64,000 nt of DNA, taken from the NCBI GenBank assembly GCA_013265495.1, contig MU057521.1, positions 744,001 through 808,000 of the forward strand, written 5' to 3'. The notes beneath the pieces were generated by a model. That model made no database searches and was not told the DNA's origin. It saw only the letters and a list, made by a program, of their open reading frames with translations. The stretch comes from Vicugna vicugna (Eukaryota). Of the stretch, positions 26,961 through 39,367 are shown piece after piece (positions within the stretch are counted from its first letter, which is position 1; the number at the start of each line of letters is the position of its first letter). Made by a program: the position numbers and the translations under genes.

Positions 26961-28036
26961 AGAAATTATTGGTATGAATAATGTTTACTTCGGTTAGGCT
27001 CTCAGAATTTTTTGTGAAGTTCTAGACTCTTCCCCGTGAAATGAGAACACATCCAGAAGACCTTCCATACTGATGATGTCAGCTCTGGGACTCACTGCTT
27101 ATATGTTCTAAAACATCTCTCAAACCTTTCCTTCGTTGAAAAAGATACAAGCTTTGCAAAAAATATATCTGATTCATAATTCAAACCCACTCAAGAAAAG
27201 TTGAGCATATAGATGAAAAAATAAAAGATTCCAAAACATTACACTAGGCAAATATATAGACACACACATCAGCTTTGTGGAAACACATCAAACAATTTTG
27301 CTAATCCCCTTTAAAATGAGGGGGAAAAAAAGTAGTACTGAATTTTCACTAAATTCACATTAATTGCTTAAACTCAGACCACCAAGTAGCAGGAAATTAC
27401 AGGGTGTGTCACATGATTAGGGGATTTCAAATAAGCTTCTGCTAAATGAGCAGGTTCATCAGAAAGCACAGGAGCTGGCGAGCGCATTTCAAAGGCATGG
27501 AAGAAAATAGCAAAAGATGAGAATTCCAACCAAAGTGGCAAAGATAAGCAATCTGCCACAGCCACGTGGGCTCCTCAGCATTTCTCTCCTGGAGGCACGA
27601 AGCAGCACCCGGGCCCTAGAGAGCTGCTGAGCAAGAACTAACGGGCACCACAAGTCGCCAGTGATTGCTCACTTCTGTCAAGCTCTCCCAGGGACATTTC
27701 AGTTAGATCTGAAGTCTGACAGTTCGCCCTGGGCACTTTATGTCACAAAGGGTAAGACAGACTCTCAAAAAGGGTTTCTCTCCTAGGCCTCAGGGTTTTG
27801 CCTAGAAGCAAGCAAAAATCTTGATTTCTGACTCCAGTTGCTGATCCCGACAAGCCTGCCATGGCTGTAGTCAAACCCCTCCCGGGATGCTACCCCTTCC
27901 CTCTCCTCTGCACACCAGGTTCCTGCCCCCGGCTTTCCCCATTTCCCCAAATTTATTCACTTGTCAGTTCTTCCAGTTTCCTCTCCCCGTCCTCTTTCTT
28001 CTTCTGTTTGTCAATCCCGGAACCTGTCTTCTGCAG

Positions 28037-28288
28037 ATAACACTGCCCGGATTCTAACTAGGAGGTCTGGCTTCCGGCAGCAGGAGCAGAGTGTCTTTTA
28101 CCTGCCCATCCTGATCACGGACAGTGGGCAGCCAGTGCTGAGCAGCACGGGCACGCTGACCATCCAGGTGTGCAGCTGTGACGACAGCGGCCACGTCCTG
28201 TCCTGCAGCCCCGAGGCCTACATGCTCCCAGTCAGCTTGAGCCGCGGCGCTCTCATTGCCATCCTGGCCTGCATCTTTGTCCTCTTAG
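28037..28288 (+). CDS. CDH20: Cadherin-20 coding exon (EC5 end and first part of the transmembrane helix)
   Basis: Acceptor tcttctgcag| and donor TTAG|gtgagt; 252 nt, phase 1-1. Encodes (D)NTARILTRR...QVCSCDDSGHVLSCSPEAYMLPVSLSRGALIAILACIFVLL. Confidence 0.95.
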
Positions 28289-31200
28289 GTGAGTAAGTGG
28301 CTCCTCTCTAGCCTGTAGGGACCTGCAAGTGCTGACTAGATACCGTTCCCTATCACCCTCGCACAGCTGTCCACAGCTGGTTTCCCACACTGTGCTTACT
28401 GAAAAGGTGGCAGAGTAACGCTGGGGAGAAGTAATGAAATTGAAGAGAGTCCTTTCCTTCAAGGAACTCATGGCCTCTTTGACCAGATCAACGCATACTT
28501 ATTTATCAAGCATTTACTATGGGCCAGAATGCCATTCTAGGTGCTGAGATTAATAAGACAGAAATGTCCCAGTCTTCACACAGCTTACTTCAAACAAAAC
28601 AGGTTCATTTTGACATTCTAGAACCAAGATGATAATTTTGGGCAGGATAGATGATGAGCTTTTCTAACCCCCACTTTTCAGATAAGTAGCAGCCAAGTCA
28701 CAAAGAGGTAGTGGCAGGCCCAAGGCCAAATCTCAGAGGCAGAGCCAGGACTGAAATGCAGGCAGGCCCTGCACTGTGCACCCCTGTATCTGAGCAGCAC
28801 AGCCCTTCTTCCAAATATTCATCCCCAGATTCTGGAGGTGGTAAATGGTAAGAGAAAAGGGAAAAGGTCAGGGAGTCCTCAGAGAACAGGAGGCACAGGT
28901 GGGTGACATTTTAAATAAGTGGTCAGGGAAGACCTCACTGATTAGACCTTGGAGCAGAGACCTGAAAGAACTGATAGGGCAAACCACATGCATCTGGGAG
29001 GATAAGCATTAGTGCCCCCTCCAGGTACCATGGCCTCTAAGCAGCGACAGTGTGCCTCTGCTGGTGAAATAAAAAGGTATGACGACAGGCCAGTGGGAGA
29101 GCACTGTTGGGGTAGAGGATCCTTTCTTCCTCATCTAAAGTCATCCTGCAAAGCAGCCACCCAGCTCCCTAGTACAAAAGGCCATTCATGCTATTGTTTT
29201 CAAAATCCACACTGAAAAACAATAAAACATCTAAACCAACTCCTGAGACCAAAAAAAATCTATACATGTCTCCCAACCCTTTTGATTGAACTAAATCATA
29301 GTATAAATATTTTGCTTAGAGAAAAGCAGACTTCGTAACATTACTCAATATGAAAGAAATCCTAGCACCCTATAAGGGAAAAGAGTAAAGCACTGGGGAT
29401 TTGAATTAGAACTTAAGCCCTTATCTCAGGTTTACTTCCACACCAAAAGACTGAGTCAGACCAAAGAAAGACGGTCTGACTGCAAAATGTCAGTGCTGGA
29501 CTGAATTTCTAGTAGGTCTGTGGAATACGCTTCCCCAAAACATTTAAAAATACACGTGGTTTAATTCTGTTGTTTTAGTTCAGTGCTACGGGGAGAAACT
29601 GCATAAAGAAGTAACCTTTCTAAGTCCTTGGATCTCTGGATCACAGGGAACTGTTAACAGTTTCAGGTCCCTTTCTGTATTGACAAATAAAACCCTCTTG
29701 CAATTCCCCGAGCGTCCATAAGGTGGCATTGGGAATCCTCAAGTGCGTAACAGGACAACCTGCAAGAGGCCTTTGAAGAAACTTGCTCCTAGGAGAAATT
29801 TCCAGTCTGGCTATCCTTACTTCTTCTTTGGGAAACATCTACACTATAAGTTTACCCTAGCCCACAAACAGTAAAAGGAGCCATCATTACAGAAAGGCTG
29901 ATTTAAACAGACTAGCACGAAGAGGCTCTCAAGTTAGAAGTGGTGTGCAAGGAGCAATTTATTTTGTGCAACCCCCAACCCATTATGTCTTGTCTTTCGA
30001 ATCGTACAGAATAAACAGACAGTTTTCAGGAGCGAAACTGAGCAAAGCTGTCATGAAATCTTCACAGCTTTAGGCACTTTCATTTCTGAGAGTGTACATC
30101 CCACAGCAAATATAATTCATAAAACTGAGCAAGACTGAATTGCAGTTGATTTATCCAAAAAAGTACCATTTTGTGGACCATTAAATAAACATGTTAACTT
30201 TGACTATGGATTTTTTTCATGAGTCAAATATGTATCTAGTTCCTGGAAAATCTCATAGGCCCGATGCACAGTGCCTATACTGTGCATAATAAACATTCCC
30301 AGAAGTGCTTCTCTCCTGTCAGGGAAGCCTTTCAGCTGAATAGATTTTTTTCCCAAAATTTGATTTTCAGGAGGTTATAAAATTCTTGTTATTTAGATCA
30401 GATTACCTAAAACATAAGATATGTAGCAATCTTTATTTTTCAAGAGATCTATAAACTGTGTAATTCTCTATCATCAGAATTCCTTCCAGTAGAAACTCAA
30501 AAGACTTTCCTAATTTTGTTTCCCAGCATTCTCTAGAATACCACACCTATCACTCCAGTGTCAGCTGTGTGAAGGTCTTCCCAGTCCCCTAGGAGGAATT
30601 AACTGGCTCTGCTTCTGTATTCGCTTCTAAACAACTGTAACTCTACGATAGTTCTTACCACCACCTGATTCATATTAATTAGTAATGTCTATCATCTCCT
30701 TAGATTGCAAAACTATAAAAGCAGAAATCATGTCATAGTCAACACTGTTCCCTCACTGCTTCGGATAGTGGCTAAAAAATATCTGAGTTCAGTAACTGCT
30801 TAGTGAATCCCCCAAAGACAGCAAGTTCACTTAGAATCCCACGTTTCCAATCTGCTGTCATACAAATCACACCCCAGCCTCTGATGTCCAGTTCAAGCCT
30901 CCACTTCCTTATGGCCCAAATAGTTCATTTCTCTGAAACCCTACAGTCCTGTAGTCTATGAGTTATATTTTTGCACAAAGAGATATATACAAGAGTACAT
31001 AATTGTTTTTTCTGTGTGCATTTTGTCACTTGAGCTATTCAAGACAGTAACTGCAATTTACAAAAACACATTCCACATTCAAATTTTAAAAGCCATTATG
31101 GTGATTTTTTTTAAGCTCGTCCATAGTCTTACTAGGCATATGACTGTATGCCATTTTTCCCCCCTTGGATAAAAGGGGGTCTTATTTTGCAGTGTTCTCA

Positions 31201-31675
31201 AGCTGTCCCTGTTCACCAGCAGTAACAAAGCATGCCAGAAAAAAAAAAAGAAATCAATAGCAATGCTACAGCTAAAACCTCAACACACTTCCTGGAAAAC
31301 ATTTTCACTCACAGAGATAAAACAGTTCAGTGGAATTATCTCTCTCTCCTTTAAACCCCAGTGGAAAAAAAAATTACATTTGTTGGGATAAAATTTTATC
31401 CAGACCTGCAAGGGTACATCTAACAGTGTGGTGCTTCTTTGATAACATGATGAATTATATAAAACGTCACTGCTCATTCCCTCCCTTCCATGACATCCCT
31501 GGATGCAGAAAGTCACAACCATCTCTCTCATGGAAAGCTTTTCTGAGGAATCTGAGTTAACTGGGCAATGGCAATCATTTTGCTCTCTTAGTTTTTGGAA
31601 GAAATATAAGAAGACTTAGACTTTGGCTCATGTTTAACATAAGTGTCTATATGCATATACATGAACATATGACTA

Positions 31676-31894
31676 CAGATGACCTTTGAACAACAGTGGG
31701 TGGGGTCAGGGTGCGGATCTGCCCTGCACTCGAAAATTCGCGGATAACCTATAGTCGCCCTCAGTATCCACCGTTTAGTATCCATACAACCAGTCTTAGC
31801 TCATGCAGTACTGTAACATGTATTTATTGGAAAAAAAAACCTGCACCTAAGTGGACCCCAGTAGTTCAAACCCATGTGGTTAAAGAGTTAACTG
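31676..31894 (-). mobile_element. Tigger2a-like MITE
   Basis: Termini cagatgacctttgaacaac ... gtggttaaagagttaactg match the Tigger2 TIR (CAGTTGACCCTTGAACAAC); internal gtggacc..gtagttcaaaccc. Confidence 0.8.
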
Positions 31895-32329
31895 TCTATT
31901 TAGAATAGGATCCTATACAGATGCTAACTTTAAAAAGCAGGATTTCACCTGGAGAGTAAGATTTTCACATCACAATAAAGAAATGTCTGCTCGTCCTTAT
32001 CCAGCCAGAAGACATATCTGATCTTTAGCATACACGCCATGGCGGGCCACAAGGCTTTGTGCTTTGTTGGTGAGATTTTTACGTTGGGTGGTTGGGTGTA
32101 CACACCCACACACATTTCAAAGTGGTAAGGAAATGCAAAGAGACTTTATTGCCACTTCTAACTGAACCACTTGGCGTCAAGTCACGTGGGGGTCACCTGC
32201 TACAAACCTCCAGCCGACACGGCAGAACAAGTGAGAACAGGGTAGACCCTGTGGTGCAAAACATCCAAACGCTGCCTCTGCGCTTACCCTTTAGACGACC
32301 CTCCCCCTACCTGTGCTAACCAAGAAGAG

Positions 32330-33030
32330 CTCTAGTCGCGGCCCCGCAGCCAGGTCTCCTCCTTACCTACCTTGTCCTGTGTCTTCCGGCAGTGCTGGTT
32401 CTGCTCATCCTGTCCATGCGGAGGCACCGGAAGCAGCCGTACATCATCGACGACGAGGAGAACATCCACGAGAACATCGTCCGCTACGACGACGAGGGCG
32501 GTGGCGAGGAGGACACCGAGGCCTTCGACATCGCGGCCATGTGGAACCCCCGGGAGGCGCAGGCGGGAGGCGCCCCCAAGACGCGGCAGGACATGCTGCC
32601 CGAGATCGAGAGCCTCTCCCGCTACGTGCCTCAGACGTGCGCCGTCAACAGCACGGTCCACAGCTACGTGCTGGCCAAGCTCTACGAGGCCGACATGGAC
32701 CTGTGGGCCCCGCCCTTCGACTCCCTGCAGACCTACATGTTCGAGGGCGACGGCTCGGTGGCCGGCTCGCTGAGCTCCCTGCAGTCGGCCACGTCGGACT
32801 CGGAGCAGAGCTTCGACTTCCTGACGGACTGGGGGCCCCGCTTCCGGAAGCTGGCGGAGCTCTACGGGGCGTCGGAGGGGCCCGCGCCCCTGTGGTGACG
32901 GAAGCCGGGAGGCCGGCGCGGGGCCAAACCCAGCCGCGCCGGGCGGGCGGAGGCTTCGCGGACCAGGCGCAGCCGACGCAAGAGCAATACCGTCCTGGAG
33001 AGAGAGGATGGGCTGAGCGGGCGGACGGAG
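32330..33030. promoter_or_regulatory. 3' CpG island over the terminal exon
   Basis: Very GC- and CpG-dense stretch with sharp edges against AT-rich flanks. Confidence 0.85.
32393..32898 (+). CDS. CDH20: Cadherin-20 terminal coding exon (end of TM helix and cytoplasmic domain)
   Basis: Acceptor ttccggcag|. Contains the p120-binding YDDEGGGEED and the beta-catenin-binding region (PPFDSLQTYMFEGDGSVAGSLSSL...DWGPRFRKLAELYG). Ends GASEGPAPLW-TGA, which I recall as the CDH20 C-terminus. Confidence 0.95.
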
Positions 33031-33990
33031 CTCTCTCTGGATCAGCTTTACCGGGTTAGATTAAGTTAAATAGTCAAAAGGAAACACAGGAAGAGGGGGG
33101 CAGAATCTCCAATAACCTTTTCTTCTTTTTAATTTGAGTGACACTCTATTCAAAGGCGTGGAGTCCAAGGCTCAGTATGGCAAGCTCGGCTTTTCTTTGC
33201 CATTCACCAAGGCCTTTGACACTCTGCTGCCTCAAAGAGATTGTGCTTTTCAATACATAGGTGGCAATGGGAAACAGAAAAGTCTATTCTTCTATCTTTT
33301 TTTTTTTTAAATCTTATTTTATTTTCCGTTTAAGAGTTTTGCTGGCTCATCACACCGCACAAACCAACCCACACAAAAGAACATTGAAATAGTCTTCTTC
33401 GGTGAAATTAACCGACCCAATCTGGGATGGATGGAATTTCTTTTAACTCTTTTAAGACAAGGTTAAGGCCAAATTGGCCTTGCATGGGGGATGGGTGGGG
33501 GTGGGTGGGAGAAGGAAGAGGCATTGATTTTAAGCTCAAGTTTAATGGCTGAACCGAGAGTCGCTGGCATCACAACAAATCCACCTCCATGGAGTTATAG
33601 AGTGCTCTTGTTCTCCAGGCCCTTTAACTGTGTCCCTGCTAAACTGTTCAGAAGGAAACCAGAAAATCTGCCTCTTTGCACTGTAGATATCTCTTCCATG
33701 TGCCAAATGTGAAGATTAGATGCAACAAATGGAAGCCAAATAAAAAGAAGTATCTGATAAAAGCATGGGTTAGAGGGCTTTCCTAATCTGTGTGAGGTCA
33801 ACCCAAGGGATGTTTACATACTGTAGATAACCTACTTGAACAAAAGTCAGTATTATAGAGAATAAATGGATGTAAGAAAATTACATGTATAAGTTTTGTA
33901 TATTTGTTAATAATTTTGGTAATAAATATGATGTACTGCATCTCAGTACCTTAGCACTTCTTTTAATAAAAGTTAAATAGAAGGGAAGGT
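32899..33990 (+). other. CDH20: CDH20 3'UTR (end approximate)
   Basis: Follows the stop codon, contains no recognisable repeat and ends in clustered AATAAA hexamers. Confidence 0.7.
33861..33970 (+). terminator. Candidate polyadenylation signals
   Basis: AATAAA at 33861-33866, 33921-33926 and 33965-33970, plus one upstream at 33739-33744, in an AT-rich context with upstream TGTA elements. Confidence 0.7.
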
Positions 33991-34660
33991 CTATTGCACA
34001 TTTGTTTAATTGCTGAGCAGGTAACCAACAGATGGCTCTGTGATCCTGAACTAGCCTCAGGTTCTTGGGGCTGTGGCTGATTCATAAAGCAAAGGCAACC
34101 TAAAGATGTATGAGGCTGTGCATTCTATTTCAGTCACTGACCAGATGAATGTATGGTTTAAACTGTGAAGCGCTTAAGCTTTTCATGAACATTCTTCATC
34201 TCCCCCGTCTCTGAAAAGAACAAAGGCTGGCTTGATAACATCAACAATACAATGGTGAAGTCAGCCCATATTTTTTCATTTTGTGAGAGGGTATTGCACA
34301 TAGCCACCAATAAAGCAGGCCCCTGTGCTACTTCCATCTCTGTTCTGCTGGCAAATCAAGTATGTACCAAAAATATGTACAAATATGCATCAGATTTGTA
34401 CATCTTGTCAATACTGGATGAGGTCACAGGAGACTGGGACCATATGTTATTCATTTTTCCTTTCCCCACAGTAGCTAACAGAGCCCTTTGCATATAGTGA
34501 GTGTTTAGTAAGTGCTTAATGCTTAATGGGTACATGATGGAAAGGATCTCTTTCTTTGACATCCTATTATTAAAGAATATTTTACACAATTATCCTCACA
34601 ATTGTAAACAAAAATAGTTTTCTGAGTGTCTTGACTATAGGTTCATAAATTAAAAAAACA

Positions 34661-34727
34661 TTTTTTTTATTGAAGTACAGTTACAATGTGTCAGTTTCTG
34701 GTGTATAGCAGCACAATGTCCCAGTCA
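34661..34727 (-). mobile_element. Extreme 3' tail of an L1, heavily 5'-truncated
   Basis: T-run followed by attgaagtacagttacaatgtgtcagtttctggtgtatagca, similar to the tail of the L1 at 56649. Confidence 0.65.
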
Positions 34728-34741
34728 AAAAAAAAAATAGC

Positions 34742-34922
34742 TCAAGAGATTTGTAAATTTTAATGTGTGTCAGAATCACCTGGAACGCTTGTTAAACTAC
34801 AGCTTGTTGGGCCTTACCTCCAGAGTTTCTGACTCACTTGATCTGGGGCAATTTGCATTTCTGACAAGTTACCAAGAGATGCTGATGCTGCTGGTTCAGG
34901 GACCACACTTTGAGAACCTCTG
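34742..34922 (+). mobile_element. MER5A hAT MITE
   Basis: tcagaatcacctgga..gcttgttaaa...ccagagtttctga...atttgcatttct.acaagtt...gatgctgatgctgctggt...gggaccacactttgagaacc. Confidence 0.9.
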
Positions 34923-36439
34923 GCATATGGTCACTCTTTCTCAAATATATAAAGATTAGATTGTAAGCCTACTTGCCCTGGGGTCCACTCCATCAGTAGA
35001 ATGGTGTTGTTGAATTTCTTTTCCAGCAAAAAGACACTTTGGCAGAAACATGTGAGAAGGCTAACAAGGGTCTGGGAGCCAGCAGGATGTGCTTCATACT
35101 TTATTATGTGGTACACTAACAGCCACACAAATTCTCATCTTCAACCTTCAGCATACTAACCCTTTCCTCCATGAAAGGCAGCTCAAGTACATCCTCTTTG
35201 AGGGTAAAGTGTGATGTAAAAATAAACTTAGCAAAGAAAAAGCATGAACTCTCGTCCAAACTAGGCTTTACAACATAGCAGTTATGTGAATGTGGGCAAA
35301 TTAACCCTGTAACATTCCTTTCTGTAACTAGCCCTGGAGATCATTGTTTGACTCTCTCACTCTATGTTGCATGTTTTAAAAACTCAGAACAGCTGTTATC
35401 CTAACCACAGGGGGTTACCATGCCCCATATCCTGCAAATGTGGTCCCCCATGATACAGGGTGTGAAGTGATTAAGCAGAATCTCCCGGAGCTTCTGGTCC
35501 CTAGGAGGGTGTTTAATGGTGTGACACAGGAAGTGAGAGAGAAGTACAGAATAGGAGCTCCATTTCAGCTCACACTCTGACCAAAAAGAGACTCTTCCCT
35601 CCAAATGAGTTTTAAGACTCCCTTTCCACTGCCACAGTTTACCACAGACACTGGTTCCTCAGCAAATAAAACATCTTCACCACCAGACAGAATGCTGAGT
35701 GTGAGCAGGTTAAACAAGAGAGCTGTAAAATTATTCAGCCATTTCTTTAACAGGTTAAAAGCACATAGCCTTTAATTTATATGTTATTAAAGGCTATTAA
35801 AGGAGGATCTGTGGAAATCAAATGACTCTCTCTAGAACTGTATTCTGAACAAGATGTCATCTTCATAACAGAGGTAAATAACCTTCAAGATATTTTTATG
35901 TACAAATACCTGGATTTGGAAGGCTTCTGCTTGATCCTAAGGGTCAAGGTTCTGATTCAGGGAGTAGACAAAATTAGATCAAGAAATCTTCTTTTTCAAA
36001 TGATCTGCTAATGAGACATCACTGTCTCTTCTGATTCATGTTGTGCAAAAATTATGAGTACTAATTTATAGTATGTGTCATTAACTATAACATCAATCAA
36101 AACCACAATTTTTCTTAAGTCTTTCTTCCTGGGACAGGAAGCTGGCAAATCCTGCCCCATGTGTCTGTCCAAACTCTTGATTTTATAATGATTGCTGGAT
36201 AACTGATGATGTGGGTGTTTCTTCCACTCCACTATTTTAGCTGCTGGGGCCACCTTTGTGGTACCCATGATGACAAGGTCTACTTCCCATCTTAGAAAAC
36301 CTTAGATCACTTCGCCGAGAGTATCCACTTTAAAAAGCAAGTAAAACTACCTATGAGTCTTTTCTAATTTTTCAGAAGGGCTGAATTCTAGCTCTTCGTT
36401 TAGTATTTCAACTTCTTCCTCTTCCTCATATCAACTGTT

Positions 36440-36950
36440 TCACTACCATTGCTGCTTGGAAAGACACTAAACATGGTGGTATAAAACAACAATCATTTTA
36501 TTGTGCTCACAGATCCTGTGGGTCGGTTGGGAATTCAGGAAGGATGCATTAATGACAGCTCTCCTCTGCTCCACAATGTCAGGACCTTAGCTGGGGTGAT
36601 TCAAGGGCTAGGACTGAACTCATCCAAACACTTGCTCACCCATATATCTGGTGGTTGATGTGGTTATCAGCTAAGACCCCAGATGGAGCTGTCAACAAGA
36701 TCTCCTCATAGCTACTTGGGCTTCCTCACGTTATGGGGTCTAGGTTCCAAGAGTGAACATCACACGAAAACTAGGCAGAAGCTGAATCACCTTTCGTGAT
36801 TTCAGAAGTCATATAGCATTACTTCCAAAGAAGTCACAGTTCTTTTTGTATCAAAAAAGAGGGGACATAGACTTCACCTCTCAATGGAAAGAGTATCAGA
36901 GCTACATTGTAAGAAAAAATAATGTGCCCATTGCTGGAAAACACAATCAG
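36440..36950 (-). mobile_element. MLT1 (MaLR) LTR
   Basis: aaacatggtggtataaaacaacaatcattttattgtgctcacagatcctgtgggtc...cagaagtcatatagcattacttcc. Confidence 0.75.
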
Positions 36951-37194
36951 CCATGTTGCCTTTCCATTTTTTTTCTACCCTGCCTCCTCCCTCTCTGTCC
37001 CAGGAATCATTTTGGATTCTATTCACTATGTCTTTTCTCTCTTCCCTCCCCCACCTCTCTATAGAATACATTCTTGTTCCAGAGGTATATTATTCTCTGA
37101 AATTCAGTTTTATTCCCACCATGCCATACTTCCAGAAATAAATTAATATTTCATGAAAATACATTACCAAATATCTGATATATAACAGATACAC

Positions 37195-38890
37195 AATATA
37201 TTTTAATTGAGGAATAATTAATATACAATGAACTACAGGTAAGTATACAATTTAATAAGTTTTGACATATGTACACACCCATGAAGCTATCACCCCAATC
37301 AAGATAGTAAATATATGTTATCCTCAAAATTTTTCTCTCACCCCACTGTAATATGTCTCTCCCATACCTGCCAATCACCTCTCCCCAACTGCAAGCAACC
37401 ACTGATGAGCTATCACTATGGATAAGTTTGCATTTTCTAGAGTTTTATATAAATGGAGTCATATGATGTATACTCTTTTTTTTGTATTGGGGGAAGGGGG
37501 TCTGGCTTCTTTCACTCAGCATTATTATTTTGAGATTTATTCACACCACTGTGTGTATCATTAGTCATTGCTTTTTGTTGCTAAGCAGTGTTCTATTACA
37601 TAGATATACCACAACTTGTTTATTCATCCATGTATTCATTCACATAGTCTGTTCATGCTGCCAAAATAAAGTATCATAAATTGGGTGGCTTAGATAATAG
37701 AAATTTATTTTCTCTTAGTTCTAGAAGCCCTAAGTTCAAGTTCAGGATGCCAACATGGTCAGATTCCAGTGAGGGACTCTCTTCCTGGTTTTCAGATGAC
37801 CACCCTCTCATTGAAACCTTACATGGTGGAGGGAGCAAGCAGGCTCTCTGGTGTGTCTTCTTATCATAGCAGATTAGGGTTCCAACCATATAACCTCATT
37901 TAACCTTAATTACTTCCTTACTCTTAATATAGTCACATTAGAGGTTAGGGCTTCACATATGAATTTGATGGTGGGGGCACAATTCTGTCCATAGCAATTC
38001 ATATGTTAATTGTCATTTTGATTGTTTGCAGCTTTTGGCCGTTACAAGTTAAGTTGCTAAGAACATCTGTGTGTGAGTCTTTGTGTGGACATATATTTTC
38101 TTTTCTCTTTGTCAAATGTTTGGCAGTGGAATGGCCAGAGTTCTATGGTAGGTATATGTTTTTCTTCTCATTTTTTAAATTGTCAAACTATTTTCCAAAA
38201 TCTTTCTTACCATTTTACATTCCCACCAGCAGTATATCATATGGTTCCACTTCCTCTCCATCTTCACCAACACTTGGTATGGTCAGTTGTTTTCATTTTA
38301 GTCATTATAATAAGAATGTTGTGGTATCTCACTATGGTTTTAGTTTGTGGTTTTAATGACTAGTAATGTTGAACATCTTTTCATGTGTTATTTGCTCTCC
38401 ACAAATATCTTCTTTGGTGGAGTATCCAGAGAGTTTTGCCCACTTTTAATTGAGTTATTTGTTCCCTTACTGTTGAATTTTAAAATGTCTTTTTATTTCC
38501 TGGATATGAGTGTTTTCTCACGTACATACTTTGCAAAGATTTTCTCCCAGTCTGTGGCTTGTTCATTCCCTGAACAATGTCTTCTGAAGGGTAGGAGTTT
38601 TCTATCTTGATAAAATCCAATTCATCAATTTGTTCTCTTATAGATTGTCTTTTTGGTGTCATTTAAAAAGAAAAATCTTCGTCTCCCCAAGATCACAAAT
38701 ATTTTCTTCCATTTTTCTCTAGAATTTTTGTGGCTTTAGGTTTTACATTAGGTCTATGATTCATTTGGGGTTTACCTTTGTAGATTGTTAAGTATGAATT
38801 GAAGCTTTTTTTTGGCATACGTATATCCAATCGTTCTAGCCTCATTTATTGAAAAAGGCTACTCTTTTTTTTTTAACTGCACTGCCTTTG
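37195..38890 (-). mobile_element. L1M (L1MB/MC-like) 3' ~1.3 kb, interrupted by an LTR
   Basis: ttttaattgagg..taatt..tatacaat...gtacacacccatgaagctatcacc...cattttacattcccaccagcagt...taggtctatgattcattt. Confidence 0.85.
37645..37995 (-). mobile_element. MLT1A/MST-type LTR nested in the L1M
   Basis: aaattgggtggcttagataatagaaatttattttctc..agttctagaag...acctcatttaaccttaattac...atatgaattt...cacaattctgtccatagca. Confidence 0.8.
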
Positions 38891-38895
38891 AGTCT

Positions 38896-39350
38896 TGTAG
38901 CTTGAATTGTATCTGCCACAAAGATATGTTCAAGTCCTAACTCCCACTACCTGTGATTAGACCTTATTTGGAAATAGGGTCTTCGTTTAAACATATAATC
39001 AAATGGAGATGAGGTCACACTGGATTAGGGTGAATCCTAATCCAATGATTGGTATCTTTATGACAGAAAATTGGACACAGAAACAGAGACCGAGAGGGGA
39101 ACGCCATGTGGCGACTGAGGCAGAGGTCGGAGGGCTACGTCTATAAGCCAAGGAGTATCAAGGATTGTCGGCAACCACCGAAAGGCAGGAGAGAGACGTG
39201 AGACAAATTCTCCCTCCAGAAGGAACCAACCCTGCCCACACCTTGAGTTCAGACTTCCAGCCTCCAGAACTGTGAGAGAATACATTTTTGTTGTTTTAAA
39301 CCACCCAGTTTGTGGTAAATTTGTTCTGGCTGCCCTAGGAAACCAATACA
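38896..39350 (+). mobile_element. MLT1C-like solo LTR, near full length
   Basis: tg..ttgaattg...aaagatatgttcaagtcctaac...ccttatttggaaatagggtctt...gacttccagcctccagaactgtgagagaata...ccctaggaaaccaataca. Confidence 0.9.
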
Positions 39351-39367
39351 AGCCTTCTGTGAAACAC

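Noticed and set aside
32332..32773. Overlapping ORFs 32332-32661 (-) and 32372-32773 (+) as separate genes
   Set aside because: These are shadow frames of a GC-rich exon with non-ATG starts. Only the 32313-33059 frame has a plausible splice route into it.
329..32898. CDH20 pseudogenisation or a missing exon
   Set aside because: The apparent gap in the ORF track is filled by exon 17210-17346. All phases join with no stop or frameshift.
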